Below, one piece after another: positions 1 to 9,335 of a stretch of DNA of 47,657 bases. Origin of the DNA: an uncultured Actinomycetes bacterium (GTDB taxonomy: Bacteria > Actinomycetota > Actinomycetes > Nanopelagicales > Nanopelagicaceae); assembly GCA_964394375.1 (NCBI GenBank), contig CAYMVX010000001.1:1-47657 (forward strand), read 5' to 3'. Under the pieces are notes generated by a model. That model was not told where the DNA came from, did no database searches, and worked only from the letters and a program-made list of their open reading frames with translations. The translations under genes and the position numbers were made by a program. Every line of letters begins with the position of its first letter. Positions within the stretch are counted from its first letter, which is position 1.

Positions 1-64
1 CTGGTGCGTGGGATCTGGGCGCTGCTTATGAAAGTTTTCTACTTAAGAAAAGTAATCTCGCCTA

Positions 65-1240
65 ATGGCAGCGATAATTCCCGCAATAGTTCATTGCGAC
101 ATGGATGCTTTCTATGCATCTGTTGCCGAATTAGATGACCCGTCACTTCGCGGAAAACCAGTTGTAGTCGGCGCCGGAATTCGCGGCGTTGTATTGAGTG
201 CAAATTACTCAGCTCGTAAATTCGGAATTCGCGCCGCGATGCCAGTAGGTCGCGCAAAGAGAATGGCGCCAAGCGCGATCTTCGTAAGCCCTGATCATCA
301 CAGATATGCAGAGATCTCTGCAAAGGTGATGCAGATCTTCGAAAGCTTTACGCCATTCGTCGAACCGTTATCACTTGATGAAGCATTTATGGATGTCACC
401 GGTGCGCAACGCTTACTCGGAACGCCACGCGAAATCGGCCAAGCAATTCGCAAACGTGTACATGACGAATGCGGCATAACCTGTTCAGTTGGTATCGCAT
501 CAAATAAATTTGTCGCAAAGCTGGCATCAGGCCATTGCAAACCAAATGGGCTATTAGAGATTCCAGATGATCGCGTAATTAGCTTCTTGCATCCACTACC
601 AGTTTCAGATTTGTGGGGCGTGGGACCAAAGACCGCAGAATCGCTACAACGTTTGGGCTTGCATCAAATTAAAGATATTGCCAATACACCGTTAGATACT
701 TTAAAGCGCGCACTTGGAGACGCCACTGGCGAGCATCTTTATGAACTTTCATGGGGGCGTGATTATCGTCAGGTAGTTGTCGATGATCCCGATCAATCAA
801 TCGGTGCTAACGAAACCTTCTCATACGACATAGATGACCCAGAGCTAATCTTGCGCGAATATTTAAAGCTAACCGAACGTGCAAGCACCAGACTTCGTGC
901 TCGTAACCAATATGCAAAAACCATCAGCATCACAGTGCGCTTTGCGGATTTCAAAACCATAACCCGTTCAAAGACACTGCCGCTACCGATTAGCTCTACC
1001 CACGAGATCTATCAGGTAGTTAAAGAGCTATATCTGGCGCTTAAATTAGATCGCGCTCGTTTGCGTTTAGTAGGCGTATCGCTATCCAACCTTCGTGATG
1101 ATGCCCCAGAGCAGTTGATGCTTGGCCAGCGCGAGAAAGGCTGGCGCGAAGCCGAATCGGCGGTAGATCAGGCTTCAGCGCGCTTTGGAGAGAGGTCGGT
1201 CCGACCTGCCCGTTTGTATAAACTAAAAAGGGAAGAGTAA
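65..1240 (+). CDS. dinB: DNA polymerase IV (Y-family translesion polymerase)
   Basis: 391-aa intact ORF. The N-terminus AIVHCDMDAFYASVAELDDPSLRGKPVVV is the Y-family catalytic-core signature. Length and the SLDEAFMDVT motif fit DinB. Confidence 0.93.
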   Translation: MAAIIPAIVHCDMDAFYASVAELDDPSLRGKPVVVGAGIRGVVLSANYSARKFGIRAAMPVGRAKRMAPSAIFVSPDHHRYAEISAKVMQIFESFTPFVEPLSLDEAFMDVTGAQRLLGTPREIGQAIRKRVHDECGITCSVGIASNKFVAKLASGHCKPNGLLEIPDDRVISFLHPLPVSDLWGVGPKTAESLQRLGLHQIKDIANTPLDTLKRALGDATGEHLYELSWGRDYRQVVVDDPDQSIGANETFSYDIDDPELILREYLKLTERASTRLRARNQYAKTISITVRFADFKTITRSKTLPLPISSTHEIYQVVKELYLALKLDRARLRLVGVSLSNLRDDAPEQLMLGQREKGWREAESAVDQASARFGERSVRPARLYKLKREE

Positions 1241-1249
1241 ATTAGCCCT

Positions 1250-1564
1250 ATGGGCTTAACTGATCGCGAAAAAAAGATCATCGAAGAGATGGAGGCAGCG
1301 CTAAGCGCTGAAGATCCACGCCTTGCGGCATCTCTTGAAAAGCCAGTCCGCCCAAATATTCTTCGAAATGTCTTGGGTCTATTAGCCGGAATTGCACTAA
1401 TTCTCGCTGGGGTTATCGCCAAGTTTGTCCTGCTAGGGGTCGTTGGCTTCGTAATCGCGCTCGCATCCCTTGCGACCATCCGAATCGGCAAGTTCTCGAT
1501 TAAAGCTCCAAAACCGCCAAAGTCAGGCGGCATGCAGGCTCGCTGGGATCGACGAGCCCAGTAA
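1250..1564 (+). CDS. DUF3040-type small membrane protein
   Basis: 104 aa. The N-terminal LTDREKKIIEEMEAALSAEDPRLA is followed by two hydrophobic helices. The gene sits directly upstream of mraZ, as in many Actinobacteria. Confidence 0.75.
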   Translation: MGLTDREKKIIEEMEAALSAEDPRLAASLEKPVRPNILRNVLGLLAGIALILAGVIAKFVLLGVVGFVIALASLATIRIGKFSIKAPKPPKSGGMQARWDRRAQ

Positions 1565-1585
1565 GCGCTCGCTAACTTTCAATAA

Positions 1586-1610
1586 CCCGCAGATTTCTGC
1601 GGGTTTTTTT
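1586..1610 (+). terminator. Rho-independent terminator after the DUF3040 gene
   Basis: Stem CCCGCAG (1586-1592), loop ATTT, stem CTGCGGG (1597-1603), followed directly by TTTTTTT (1604-1610). It lies 22 nt after the stop codon. Confidence 0.85.
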
Positions 1611-1630
1611 ATGCCCAAATTCCATGGTGC

Positions 1631-1713
1631 GAGTGGGGGCAAGTGGGAAAAAAGTGGTTATAGGTGGTTGAAAAAGGGGGAAAATGGAGTAAAGTGGGGA
1701 ATTGTAAGGTGGA
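1631..1713 (+). promoter_or_regulatory. Phased array of MraZ-type (A)GTGG(G) operator boxes in the mraZ/dcw promoter region
   Basis: GTGG cores start at 1633, 1643, 1654, 1664, 1694 and 1709, with a degenerate ATGG at 1684. The spacing is about 10-11 bp or multiples of it. The array lies between the upstream terminator and mraZ. Confidence 0.6.
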
Positions 1714-1762
1714 TTGAGCGTAATAAATCCGATTAGGAACCTGGGGAAGGGGGCCTAAGTAA

Positions 1763-2194
1763 ATGTTCTTGGGAACCCACGAACCAAAGCTTGATGAGAA
1801 GGGTCGCTTGATCCTCCCTGCGAAGTTCCGTGAAGAGTTAGCAACTGGCTTAGTAATTACTAAAGGCCAAGAGCGTTGTCTATATGTATTTCCGCAAAGC
1901 GAATTCGTAAATATCACTGAAACTTTAAGACAAGCACCAGTTACTCAAAAAGCTGCTCGTGATTATTCACGTGTCATGTTTGCTGGCGCGCACGATGAAA
2001 TTCCTGATCGTCAAGGTCGCGTGACCATTCCGCAGAGCCTTCGCGAATATGCAAGTTTAGAAAAAGAGTGCGTTGTTATTGGCGCAAATACTCGAGTTGA
2101 AATTTGGGACTCAAAGGCGTGGAACGAATACCTCGCAGATCGCGAAAAGAATTTCGCAGATGTTTCCGAGGAGGTTTTCCCCGGGCTTTTCTGA
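1763..2194 (+). CDS. mraZ: Transcriptional regulator MraZ
   Basis: 143 aa. [26 protein letters not shown] plus a second SpoVT/AbrB-like repeat ([13 protein letters not shown]). SD GAAGGGGG lies upstream. First gene of the dcw cluster. Confidence 0.96.
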   Translation: MFLGTHEPKLDEKGRLILPAKFREELATGLVITKGQERCLYVFPQSEFVNITETLRQAPVTQKAARDYSRVMFAGAHDEIPDRQGRVTIPQSLREYASLEKECVVIGANTRVEIWDSKAWNEYLADREKNFADVSEEVFPGLF

Positions 2195-2362
2195 AATTAA
2201 TTTAATTAAATGTTGTGGCCACTGCCTTCCTCGTTTCGACTTCACTTCCCCGAAGCCGAAACCTGATCCGTAGGACGGCAGTGACCAGAACAGTTAACTA
2301 GAAGTTTTAAAGCGAAATAGCAAGCAAGTTGCAAGTGCAGTACTAGAAGAAAGGGGAAGAGA

Positions 2363-3298
2363 GTGCATATTTCTGTAGCACTAGATCGTTGCATAGAACT
2401 ATTAACACCAGCAATTAATAAATCTACTTCTCCTGTTTTTGTTGATGCAACTTTAGGTCTTGGTGGACATTCATTTGAAATGCTGAATCGCTTTCCAAAC
2501 TTAACTTTGATTGGTATCGATCGCGACACTTCGGCAATTGCTAAAGCAAGCGAAAGACTTTCGATATTCGGTAATCGCATAAATATTGCTCATTCAGTAT
2601 TTGACCAGTTTGAAAATGTTGTGAAGTCATTTGGTTTCGAAAAAATTGACGCAGCTCTATTTGATCTTGGGGTTTCATCTATGCAACTTGATGTTGCAGA
2701 ACGCGGATTTTCATATTCACAAGACGCGCCTCTCGATATGCGCATGGATCAAACACAAGGTATTACTGCAGAAGAAATAGTAAATACATGGTCACACGGC
2801 GATATTGCAAGAATACTTCGTGTATACGGGGAGGAGAAATTCGCACCTCGTATTGCAGATTTCATTCTTCGCGAACGCGAAATCGCTCCAATTAAGTCAA
2901 CTGCAGCGCTATCTGCTCTAGTAAAGAACGCGATCCCAGCAGCAGCTCGCCGCACTGGTGGCAATCCATCAAAGCGCACATTTCAAGCGCTTCGCATCGC
3001 GGTAAATAACGAATTGGAAGTTATCGAAAACGCTCTTCCTCAGGCGCTCGATCTATTAAACGTAGGTGGTCGCCTAGTAGTTCTCTCATTCCAATCACTT
3101 GAAGATCGCATCGTTAAAGAGGCTTTCGCGCAGGTCACGCAATCAACTTCTCCTCGTGACCTTCCGATTGAACTTCCTGGACATGAAGCGAAATTCAAAT
3201 TAATTGCAAAAGGTGAAGCAGCAAGCGATCTAGAGATCTCTGAAAATTCACGTGCGCAATCTGTACGTATCCGAGCAGTAGAAAGAGTGGCAGCTTAA
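2363..3298 (+). CDS. rsmH: 16S rRNA (cytosine1402-N4)-methyltransferase
   Basis: 311 aa with a GTG start preceded by AAAGGGGA. SAM-binding motif VDATLGLGGHS. Second position in the dcw cluster. Confidence 0.94.
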   Translation: MHISVALDRCIELLTPAINKSTSPVFVDATLGLGGHSFEMLNRFPNLTLIGIDRDTSAIAKASERLSIFGNRINIAHSVFDQFENVVKSFGFEKIDAALFDLGVSSMQLDVAERGFSYSQDAPLDMRMDQTQGITAEEIVNTWSHGDIARILRVYGEEKFAPRIADFILREREIAPIKSTAALSALVKNAIPAAARRTGGNPSKRTFQALRIAVNNELEVIENALPQALDLLNVGGRLVVLSFQSLEDRIVKEAFAQVTQSTSPRDLPIELPGHEAKFKLIAKGEAASDLEISENSRAQSVRIRAVERVAA

Positions 3299-3685
3299 AT
3301 GGCTCTACCAAATTTCGCACCAGCGATTACCAAAACCCGTGAAGCGATTGCGCAATCATCTCAGCGAGCAATCCTGCGCCTAGTTCCAGAGCTGGAAACA
3401 GGAAGCAAGATTTCAAATCGCTCAATGTATATGTTGGGTACTGCAATTGGTTTGTTGATGTTGATGATGATGTTCGCAATCACATCTATGTCTACTCAGG
3501 ATGCATTTACATTGGCTAAGTTACAACGTGAAGCTCAAGTATTGAGCGATGAGCATGATGCGATTAATAGTCAGATCGCTTACAAGAGCTCGCCAATGGC
3601 ATTAGCTTCACAAGCCCGCAAACTTGGCATGAGCCCAAATTCACAACCACGTTTTATTGATATCAACGCATCTGTAAATGGTTAA
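3299..3685 (+). CDS. ftsL: FtsL-like cell-division membrane protein
   Basis: 128 aa with one TM helix (YMLGTAIGLLMLMMMFAITSM) followed by a coiled-coil-like segment. The gene lies between rsmH and ftsI. The call rests on position and topology only. Confidence 0.6.
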   Translation: MALPNFAPAITKTREAIAQSSQRAILRLVPELETGSKISNRSMYMLGTAIGLLMLMMMFAITSMSTQDAFTLAKLQREAQVLSDEHDAINSQIAYKSSPMALASQARKLGMSPNSQPRFIDINASVNG

Positions 3686-3689
3686 TTAA

Positions 3690-5471
3690 ATGCCAAAGAA
3701 CGAATTCCAGCAGCGCATTACAAAACTGATTGCCATTCTGGCAGTCGGCATTCTTGTGCTTGGAATTCGTCTGGTAGACGTTCAGGCAATTAACTCTGGA
3801 GATTACTCCGCTAGAGCAGAGCACGAGCTTTATCGCACCAGTACCTTGCTTGCACCTAGAGGTGAAATTACAGATATCAACGGAATTGCATTTGCCCGAA
3901 GCGTGAGTCGAATAAATATCGTTGTAGATCAGAAAATGATTGCAAACCCAGAAGCTACTGCTGCAATCGCAGCTCCTATCCTTAATATGAGCCAGAGCGA
4001 CGTACTTTCAAGAATTGTGGGCGAGAAGCGGTGGTATTTAGTAGCTCGAAATGCAACTCCTGCTCAGTGGAACGCGCTTAAGGATGCATTTGCGAATTAC
4101 AACGACGGATTATCCAAACAAGAATTTAATAAGCGGATCGTAGGCTTCTTCCCGGAGCGCAATTACAGCCGTGAATATCCTGCAGGTTCAATTGTCGCTT
4201 CGCTAATTGGCTTTACCAATCAAGCAGGTGATGGTGCAGCAGGAATTGAATCCGCTATGAATTCAACTCTTAAAGGCCAAGACGGTAAATATGTTTACGC
4301 TAGTGGCATCTGGGCGGAGATTCCTGGAACCCAGCAGCAAATAGTTCAAGCTAAAGCAGGAAATTCCATTCGCTTAACAATTGATCGCGATATTCAATAT
4401 GTTGCCGAGAACGCAATTGCAAGAGCGGTGAAGTCTTCGATGGCTAAGAGCGGCACAGTAATAGTTATGGATCCAAAGACTGGGCAGATACTGGCACATG
4501 CGACGGCGCCAACGTTTGACCCTAATAAACCTGTAAAACTAAGCGATGTACATAATGCGTCAGTAGAAGAAGTTTATGAACCAGGTTCCACTGGAAAAGT
4601 TATGACTCTGGCCGCTGCAATTGAAGAGAATCAAGTAACACCAACTACCGTTTTCACAGTCCCTTATGCTCTTAAGACTAAGTATGCAACTTTCCATGAC
4701 CATGAAAGACATCCAAATCAACAGTTAACAACTGCAGGTATTTTGGCAGTTTCAAGCAATACTGGCACAATTCAAATTGGTGCGAAATTAAGTGATCAGA
4801 AACTTTATGATTACCTACGTGCTTTTGGTGTAGGAAATTCAACTGAATCAGGCCTTCCAGGCGAATCACCGGGCTTGATTAATTCACCAAATAACTGGAG
4901 TGGTACTTCAAAACCAACTATGTCTTTTGGCCAGGGTTACTCTGTGACAGCAATGCAGGCAACATCTATTTTTGCCACAATCGCCAATGATGGAGTTCGA
5001 GTGGAACCAACTGTTATTGCGGGCACTTTGGATTCTCAAGGTCATTACACGCCAGCAAAAGCTAGAAAGAGCAGTCGAGTTGTCAGCGCAGAAACTGCTC
5101 AGAAAATGCGCTTAATGATGGAGAGCGTGGTTAGTGCAAACGGTACTGCGCCAAGTGCTGCAATTCCTGGTTATCGAATTGCCGGTAAAACTGGCACAGC
5201 ACAACGTGTAGTTAACGGCCGATACAGTGGATACACCGCTTCATTTATTGGTTTTGCACCTGCAGACAAGCCGCGTTATGTAATCAGCGTAACTATTCAA
5301 GCGCCGCAAGGTATGCACTGGGGTGGCGTACTTGGCGGACCAGTTTTTAAAGAAGTAATGAGTTACGTATTGGAAGCAAAGCATATTCCGCCTAGCAATA
5401 CTAAAGTTACGCCTATTCCGTTAAATGCAGCTCAGCTTGCCGCTGCTGCTCCGAAGGAAAAGAAGCAATGA
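3690..5471 (+). CDS. ftsI: Class B penicillin-binding protein / septal peptidoglycan transpeptidase
   Basis: 593 aa with an N-terminal TM anchor. The transpeptidase motifs STGK (SxxK), SSN (SxN) and KTGT are all present. Confidence 0.93.
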   Translation: MPKNEFQQRITKLIAILAVGILVLGIRLVDVQAINSGDYSARAEHELYRTSTLLAPRGEITDINGIAFARSVSRINIVVDQKMIANPEATAAIAAPILNMSQSDVLSRIVGEKRWYLVARNATPAQWNALKDAFANYNDGLSKQEFNKRIVGFFPERNYSREYPAGSIVASLIGFTNQAGDGAAGIESAMNSTLKGQDGKYVYASGIWAEIPGTQQQIVQAKAGNSIRLTIDRDIQYVAENAIARAVKSSMAKSGTVIVMDPKTGQILAHATAPTFDPNKPVKLSDVHNASVEEVYEPGSTGKVMTLAAAIEENQVTPTTVFTVPYALKTKYATFHDHERHPNQQLTTAGILAVSSNTGTIQIGAKLSDQKLYDYLRAFGVGNSTESGLPGESPGLINSPNNWSGTSKPTMSFGQGYSVTAMQATSIFATIANDGVRVEPTVIAGTLDSQGHYTPAKARKSSRVVSAETAQKMRLMMESVVSANGTAPSAAIPGYRIAGKTGTAQRVVNGRYSGYTASFIGFAPADKPRYVISVTIQAPQGMHWGGVLGGPVFKEVMSYVLEAKHIPPSNTKVTPIPLNAAQLAAAAPKEKKQ

Positions 5472-6937
5472 TTAGGCCAGAGTTAAAACCAAATGTTAGC
5501 TTTGCAAATATCGCAAAGTTAATTGGTGCTGACTTTGATCAAGATATTGATATTTCGGGAATCGCGCAGAATGCTTCGGAAATCGAACCAGGAGATATCT
5601 TCTTGGCGTTACCTGGCGCTAAGCACCACGGAATTGAATTTATTGACCAGGCTATTGAAAATGGTGCAATCGCCGTAATCACTGATTTAAACGGCGCAAA
5701 CGAGAAACTTCCTACATTAGTAGTAGCTAATCCACGTCGCGTTGCAGGCGAGATTGCGGCATTTATTTATGGCGAACCAAGTCAGAATATGTTTGCGGTA
5801 GGAATCACTGGTACAAATGGAAAAACCACAGTTTCCACTCTGCTTCATCAAATTTGGCAGCGTGCTAATTGGGACAGCGGATTGATAGGTACCGTTAATA
5901 CCCAGATTAATTCAGAAATTCTGCCATCAACTCACACCACACCTGAAGCCACTCCGTTGCAGTCAGTTCTTGCAACCATGAAAGAGCGCCATTGTCGAGC
6001 GGTTGCAATGGAAGTTTCAAGTCACGCACTTGATCAATATCGAGTCGCTGGCGCACATTTCAAAGTAGCGGGATTTACTAATCTAACTCAGGATCACCTT
6101 GATTTCCACGGTGATATGGCTGCATATTTTAAAGCTAAATCAAAGCTGTTTTCATTTGGATTTTCGGATTTAGCGGTAATTAATATTGATGATGCTTACG
6201 GTGCAAAACTTGCCGCTTCAATTGAAATTCCAGTTTTAAAGATTTCCCGAAATGGTAAAGCGGACTGGCGTTATGAAGAGATTACCGATTTTGGAACTTC
6301 AACTCAGGTAAAAATCCGTGGCATTGATGGCGTCTTAATTGAAGGAACTACAAGGTTAATTGGGGATTTCAATTTAGATAACTTGTTGATGGCCGTAGCA
6401 ATTGCCGTCATTAGCGGTGTCGATCCAATTGAAATCTCATCAAATCTGGCAACTTATACCGGAGCGCCAGGTCGCCTAGAACAAGTAAACGTAGGTCAAG
6501 ATTTTCTAGCCTTTGTAGATTATGCGCACACACCAGATGCGGTCGAGAATGTTTTAAAGAGTGCACGCGCAATGGCTAAAGGAACTAACGGAAGAGTTAT
6601 TGCAGTACTTGGTTGCGGTGGAGATAGAGATAAAACCAAACGCCCACTCATGGGTAAAGCGTTAACCGCAGCGGACTTTCCAATTTTTACTAGCGATAAT
6701 CCGCGCAGTGAAGACCCAGCTGCCATTCTTAATGAAATGATCTCAAGTCTCTCACATAATGGAGAAGTAATTATTGACCGTAAAATAGCAATCGAAAAAG
6801 CTGTGGCAATTGCAAAACCAGGAGATGTAATTGCAGTGCTTGGCAAGGGACACGAAACAGGCCAGGAGATAGCTGGAGTAAAACATCCTTTTGACGATCG
6901 AACTGTTTTGGCTAAAGCGATTGCGAGCATTAAATGA
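5468..6937 (+). CDS. murE: UDP-N-acetylmuramoyl-L-alanyl-D-glutamate--2,6-diaminopimelate ligase
   Basis: 489 aa. Mur ligase P-loop GITGTNGKTT. The DNPR motif (TSDNPRSEDP) is associated with diaminopimelate specificity. ATGA overlap with ftsI. Confidence 0.93.
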   Translation: MIRPELKPNVSFANIAKLIGADFDQDIDISGIAQNASEIEPGDIFLALPGAKHHGIEFIDQAIENGAIAVITDLNGANEKLPTLVVANPRRVAGEIAAFIYGEPSQNMFAVGITGTNGKTTVSTLLHQIWQRANWDSGLIGTVNTQINSEILPSTHTTPEATPLQSVLATMKERHCRAVAMEVSSHALDQYRVAGAHFKVAGFTNLTQDHLDFHGDMAAYFKAKSKLFSFGFSDLAVINIDDAYGAKLAASIEIPVLKISRNGKADWRYEEITDFGTSTQVKIRGIDGVLIEGTTRLIGDFNLDNLLMAVAIAVISGVDPIEISSNLATYTGAPGRLEQVNVGQDFLAFVDYAHTPDAVENVLKSARAMAKGTNGRVIAVLGCGGDRDKTKRPLMGKALTAADFPIFTSDNPRSEDPAAILNEMISSLSHNGEVIIDRKIAIEKAVAIAKPGDVIAVLGKGHETGQEIAGVKHPFDDRTVLAKAIASIK

Positions 6938-8277
6938 TTCGTATGAACGCGGCAGAGATTGCCCAAATCGTTGGTGGTCAATTAAACGTTGATGGTGCAA
7001 CTGAAACTTGGCTAGCGCCAGTCTTCGATTCGCGAAAAGCCACTGCTGGAGCAATTTTTCTTGCGCTCATTGGAGAGAAGGCTGATGGCCACGACTTTAT
7101 TGAAGATGCAATGAAAAATGGGGCGCCATTCGCCTTGGTATCCAAAGAGGTTAGTTTTCCAAACATTAAAGTTGCCAACGTTTATGAGGCATTAAGTAAA
7201 TTGGCAAAGCATGTGCGGTTACAGCTACCAGATTTGAAAGTTATTGGGATTACCGGATCACAAGGCAAAACTACGACTAAGGATCTTTTGCAACATATTC
7301 TTGAAAGTATTGGGCCAACAATTTCACCGGAGAATTCTTTTAACAATGAACTCGGTGCGCCATTAAATCTCCTGCGTTGTGATGAGAAGACAAAATTCTG
7401 TATCGCAGAGCTTGGAGCAAGACACATTGGTGATATCGCTAATCTCGCTTCAATTGTTAAGCCAGACGTCGGCGTAGTTCTTAAGGTAGGAAACGCACAC
7501 TTAGCGGAATTTGGAAGCGTAGAAAATATCGCAAAGGCGAAAGGTGAATTAGTTACATCTTTGCCAACTGATGGTGTCGCAGTTCTTGGAACTTATGATG
7601 AATTTACGCCAAGAATGGCAGACGGTTTCGCGGGGCGTGTAATCACTTTCGGCGAAAGCCCCGAATGTGATGTACGCGCAGCTGACATCGAAATACGAGA
7701 AGGATCTCCGCATTTTGATTTAGTCGACGGAGAAGGTCGAGTTTCAGTTGGCATGCGTTTAATAGGCGCGCAACAGATTCCTAATGCATTGGGCGCAGCT
7801 GCAGCCGCAATTGCACTGGGCATCTCGAATGAGCACATCGCAACTGCGTTATCCACTGCAGAGAATCGCAGCAAATGGCGCATGGAGTTACACGACCTAC
7901 CTGGTTTGTTGATCATCAATGATGCATATAACGCCAACCCAGAATCGATGGAAGCTGCGCTATTTTCACTTCGTTTATTTGCGCAGGAACGTGGCGGTTC
8001 TGCGTGGGCTTTCTTAGGAAAGATGCACGAACTCGGCGAGTCTTCTAGCCAAGCACATCTTAAAATTGGCACCCTTGCCCGAGATTTAGGCGTAGATCAT
8101 CTTGTTGCAATTGGCGCTCCAGAATATGGATCGAATATTAATTGCGAAAATTGGGAATCCTCGCTTGAAATGATTAATGAAATTGCACCGGGAGATGTTG
8201 TTCTAGTTAAGGCATCTCGAGCTGAAGGTTTAGAACGATTGGCGGATGCTTTGATTAAAGGATGGGGAGATAAGTGA
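6934..8277 (+). CDS. murF: UDP-N-acetylmuramoyl-tripeptide--D-alanyl-D-alanine ligase
   Basis: 447 aa. P-loop [12 protein letters not shown]. dcw position after murE, with an ATGA overlap. Confidence 0.93.
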   Translation: MIRMNAAEIAQIVGGQLNVDGATETWLAPVFDSRKATAGAIFLALIGEKADGHDFIEDAMKNGAPFALVSKEVSFPNIKVANVYEALSKLAKHVRLQLPDLKVIGITGSQGKTTTKDLLQHILESIGPTISPENSFNNELGAPLNLLRCDEKTKFCIAELGARHIGDIANLASIVKPDVGVVLKVGNAHLAEFGSVENIAKAKGELVTSLPTDGVAVLGTYDEFTPRMADGFAGRVITFGESPECDVRAADIEIREGSPHFDLVDGEGRVSVGMRLIGAQQIPNALGAAAAAIALGISNEHIATALSTAENRSKWRMELHDLPGLLIINDAYNANPESMEAALFSLRLFAQERGGSAWAFLGKMHELGESSSQAHLKIGTLARDLGVDHLVAIGAPEYGSNINCENWESSLEMINEIAPGDVVLVKASRAEGLERLADALIKGWGDK

Positions 8278-9332
8278 AAGAAATTCTGCTTGCAGGTGTT
8301 ATCGCACTTATTTTTAGTTTCTTCGGAACACCGGCGTTAATTAAGATTTTAGCTCGCCATGGTTACGGTCAGATGATTCGTGATGATGGACCTCAAAGCC
8401 ACCATTCAAAACGCGGCACTCCGACTATGGGCGGCATCGCAATTATTCTCTCGACTATTGCAGGCTATGTTGCTGCACACCTAATTTTAGGTATCGCATT
8501 TAGCGCATCAGCGATCTTAGTAATCGGGTTATTTACAGGTCTAGGTCTAGTGGGATTCATTGACGATTACCTTAAAGTTATTAAAGCCCGATCTTTAGGT
8601 TTAAATAGTAAGCAGAAAATCATTGGTCAAGTATTAGTTGCCGGACTGTTCGGCTATTTTGGAACTAAATTTCCAGATAACGATGGGCTTACACCTATCT
8701 CGTTACATTTATCTTTCCTGCGCGACACCTCAATTAAATTAGGAGTTGTTGCGCTAATTGTTTGGGTCATATTTATGGTTACCGCCACAAGTAATGGAGT
8801 CAACTTAACTGATGGACTAGATGGCCTTGCCACTGGAGCGTCTGTTATGTCTTTCCTTGCCTTTGTTCTTATTGGCGTTTGGCAATTTGGACAATCTTGC
8901 TCTGTTGAAGCGGTTGCAAATTGCTATGAAGTACGCGATCCAATGGACTTGGCGGTATTGGCGGCAGCGCTTGCTGCATCCTGCACTGGCTTCCTCTGGT
9001 GGAACACATCTCCAGCCAAAATTTTTATGGGAGATACCGGTTCTTTAGCACTTGGCGGTGCCCTAGCTGGACTAGCTATTTCAATGCGTACGGAACTACT
9101 ACTAATTGCAATCGGTGGACTTTTTGTATTAATTACACTTTCTGTAATTATCCAAGTTGGATATTTCAAATTAACAGGCGGAAAGCGCATTTTCCGAATG
9201 GCTCCACTTCAGCATCACTTTGAATTAAAAGGTTGGGGTGAAGTAACAATCGTGGTTCGCTTTTGGATTCTTGCGGGACTATCAGTCGCCACAGGTCTCG
9301 GACTCTTTTATGCTCAGTGGGTAGCTGCATAA
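8274..9332 (+). CDS. mraY: Phospho-N-acetylmuramoyl-pentapeptide transferase
   Basis: 352 aa polytopic membrane protein. Contains GFIDDYLKV and [10 protein letters not shown] motifs. GTGA overlap with murF. Confidence 0.95.
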   Translation: MKEILLAGVIALIFSFFGTPALIKILARHGYGQMIRDDGPQSHHSKRGTPTMGGIAIILSTIAGYVAAHLILGIAFSASAILVIGLFTGLGLVGFIDDYLKVIKARSLGLNSKQKIIGQVLVAGLFGYFGTKFPDNDGLTPISLHLSFLRDTSIKLGVVALIVWVIFMVTATSNGVNLTDGLDGLATGASVMSFLAFVLIGVWQFGQSCSVEAVANCYEVRDPMDLAVLAAALAASCTGFLWWNTSPAKIFMGDTGSLALGGALAGLAISMRTELLLIAIGGLFVLITLSVIIQVGYFKLTGGKRIFRMAPLQHHFELKGWGEVTIVVRFWILAGLSVATGLGLFYAQWVAA

Positions 9333-9335
9333 GAG

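Noticed and set aside
1-65. Open frame running from the window edge (...GAWDLGAAYESFLLKKSNLA) that ends in a TAA overlapping the dinB ATG (TAATG).
   Set aside because: It may be the 3' end of a real upstream gene coupled to dinB. Only 21 codons are visible and I recognise nothing in them, which is too little to report as a feature. It also weakens the leaderless interpretation for dinB.
1470-1917. Track ORFs 1470-1736 (+) and 1609-1917 (-) covering the region upstream of mraZ.
   Set aside because: They run through a terminator and the G-rich repeat array, overlap DUF3040 and mraZ, and give low-complexity translations. The repeats are better explained as MraZ operator boxes.
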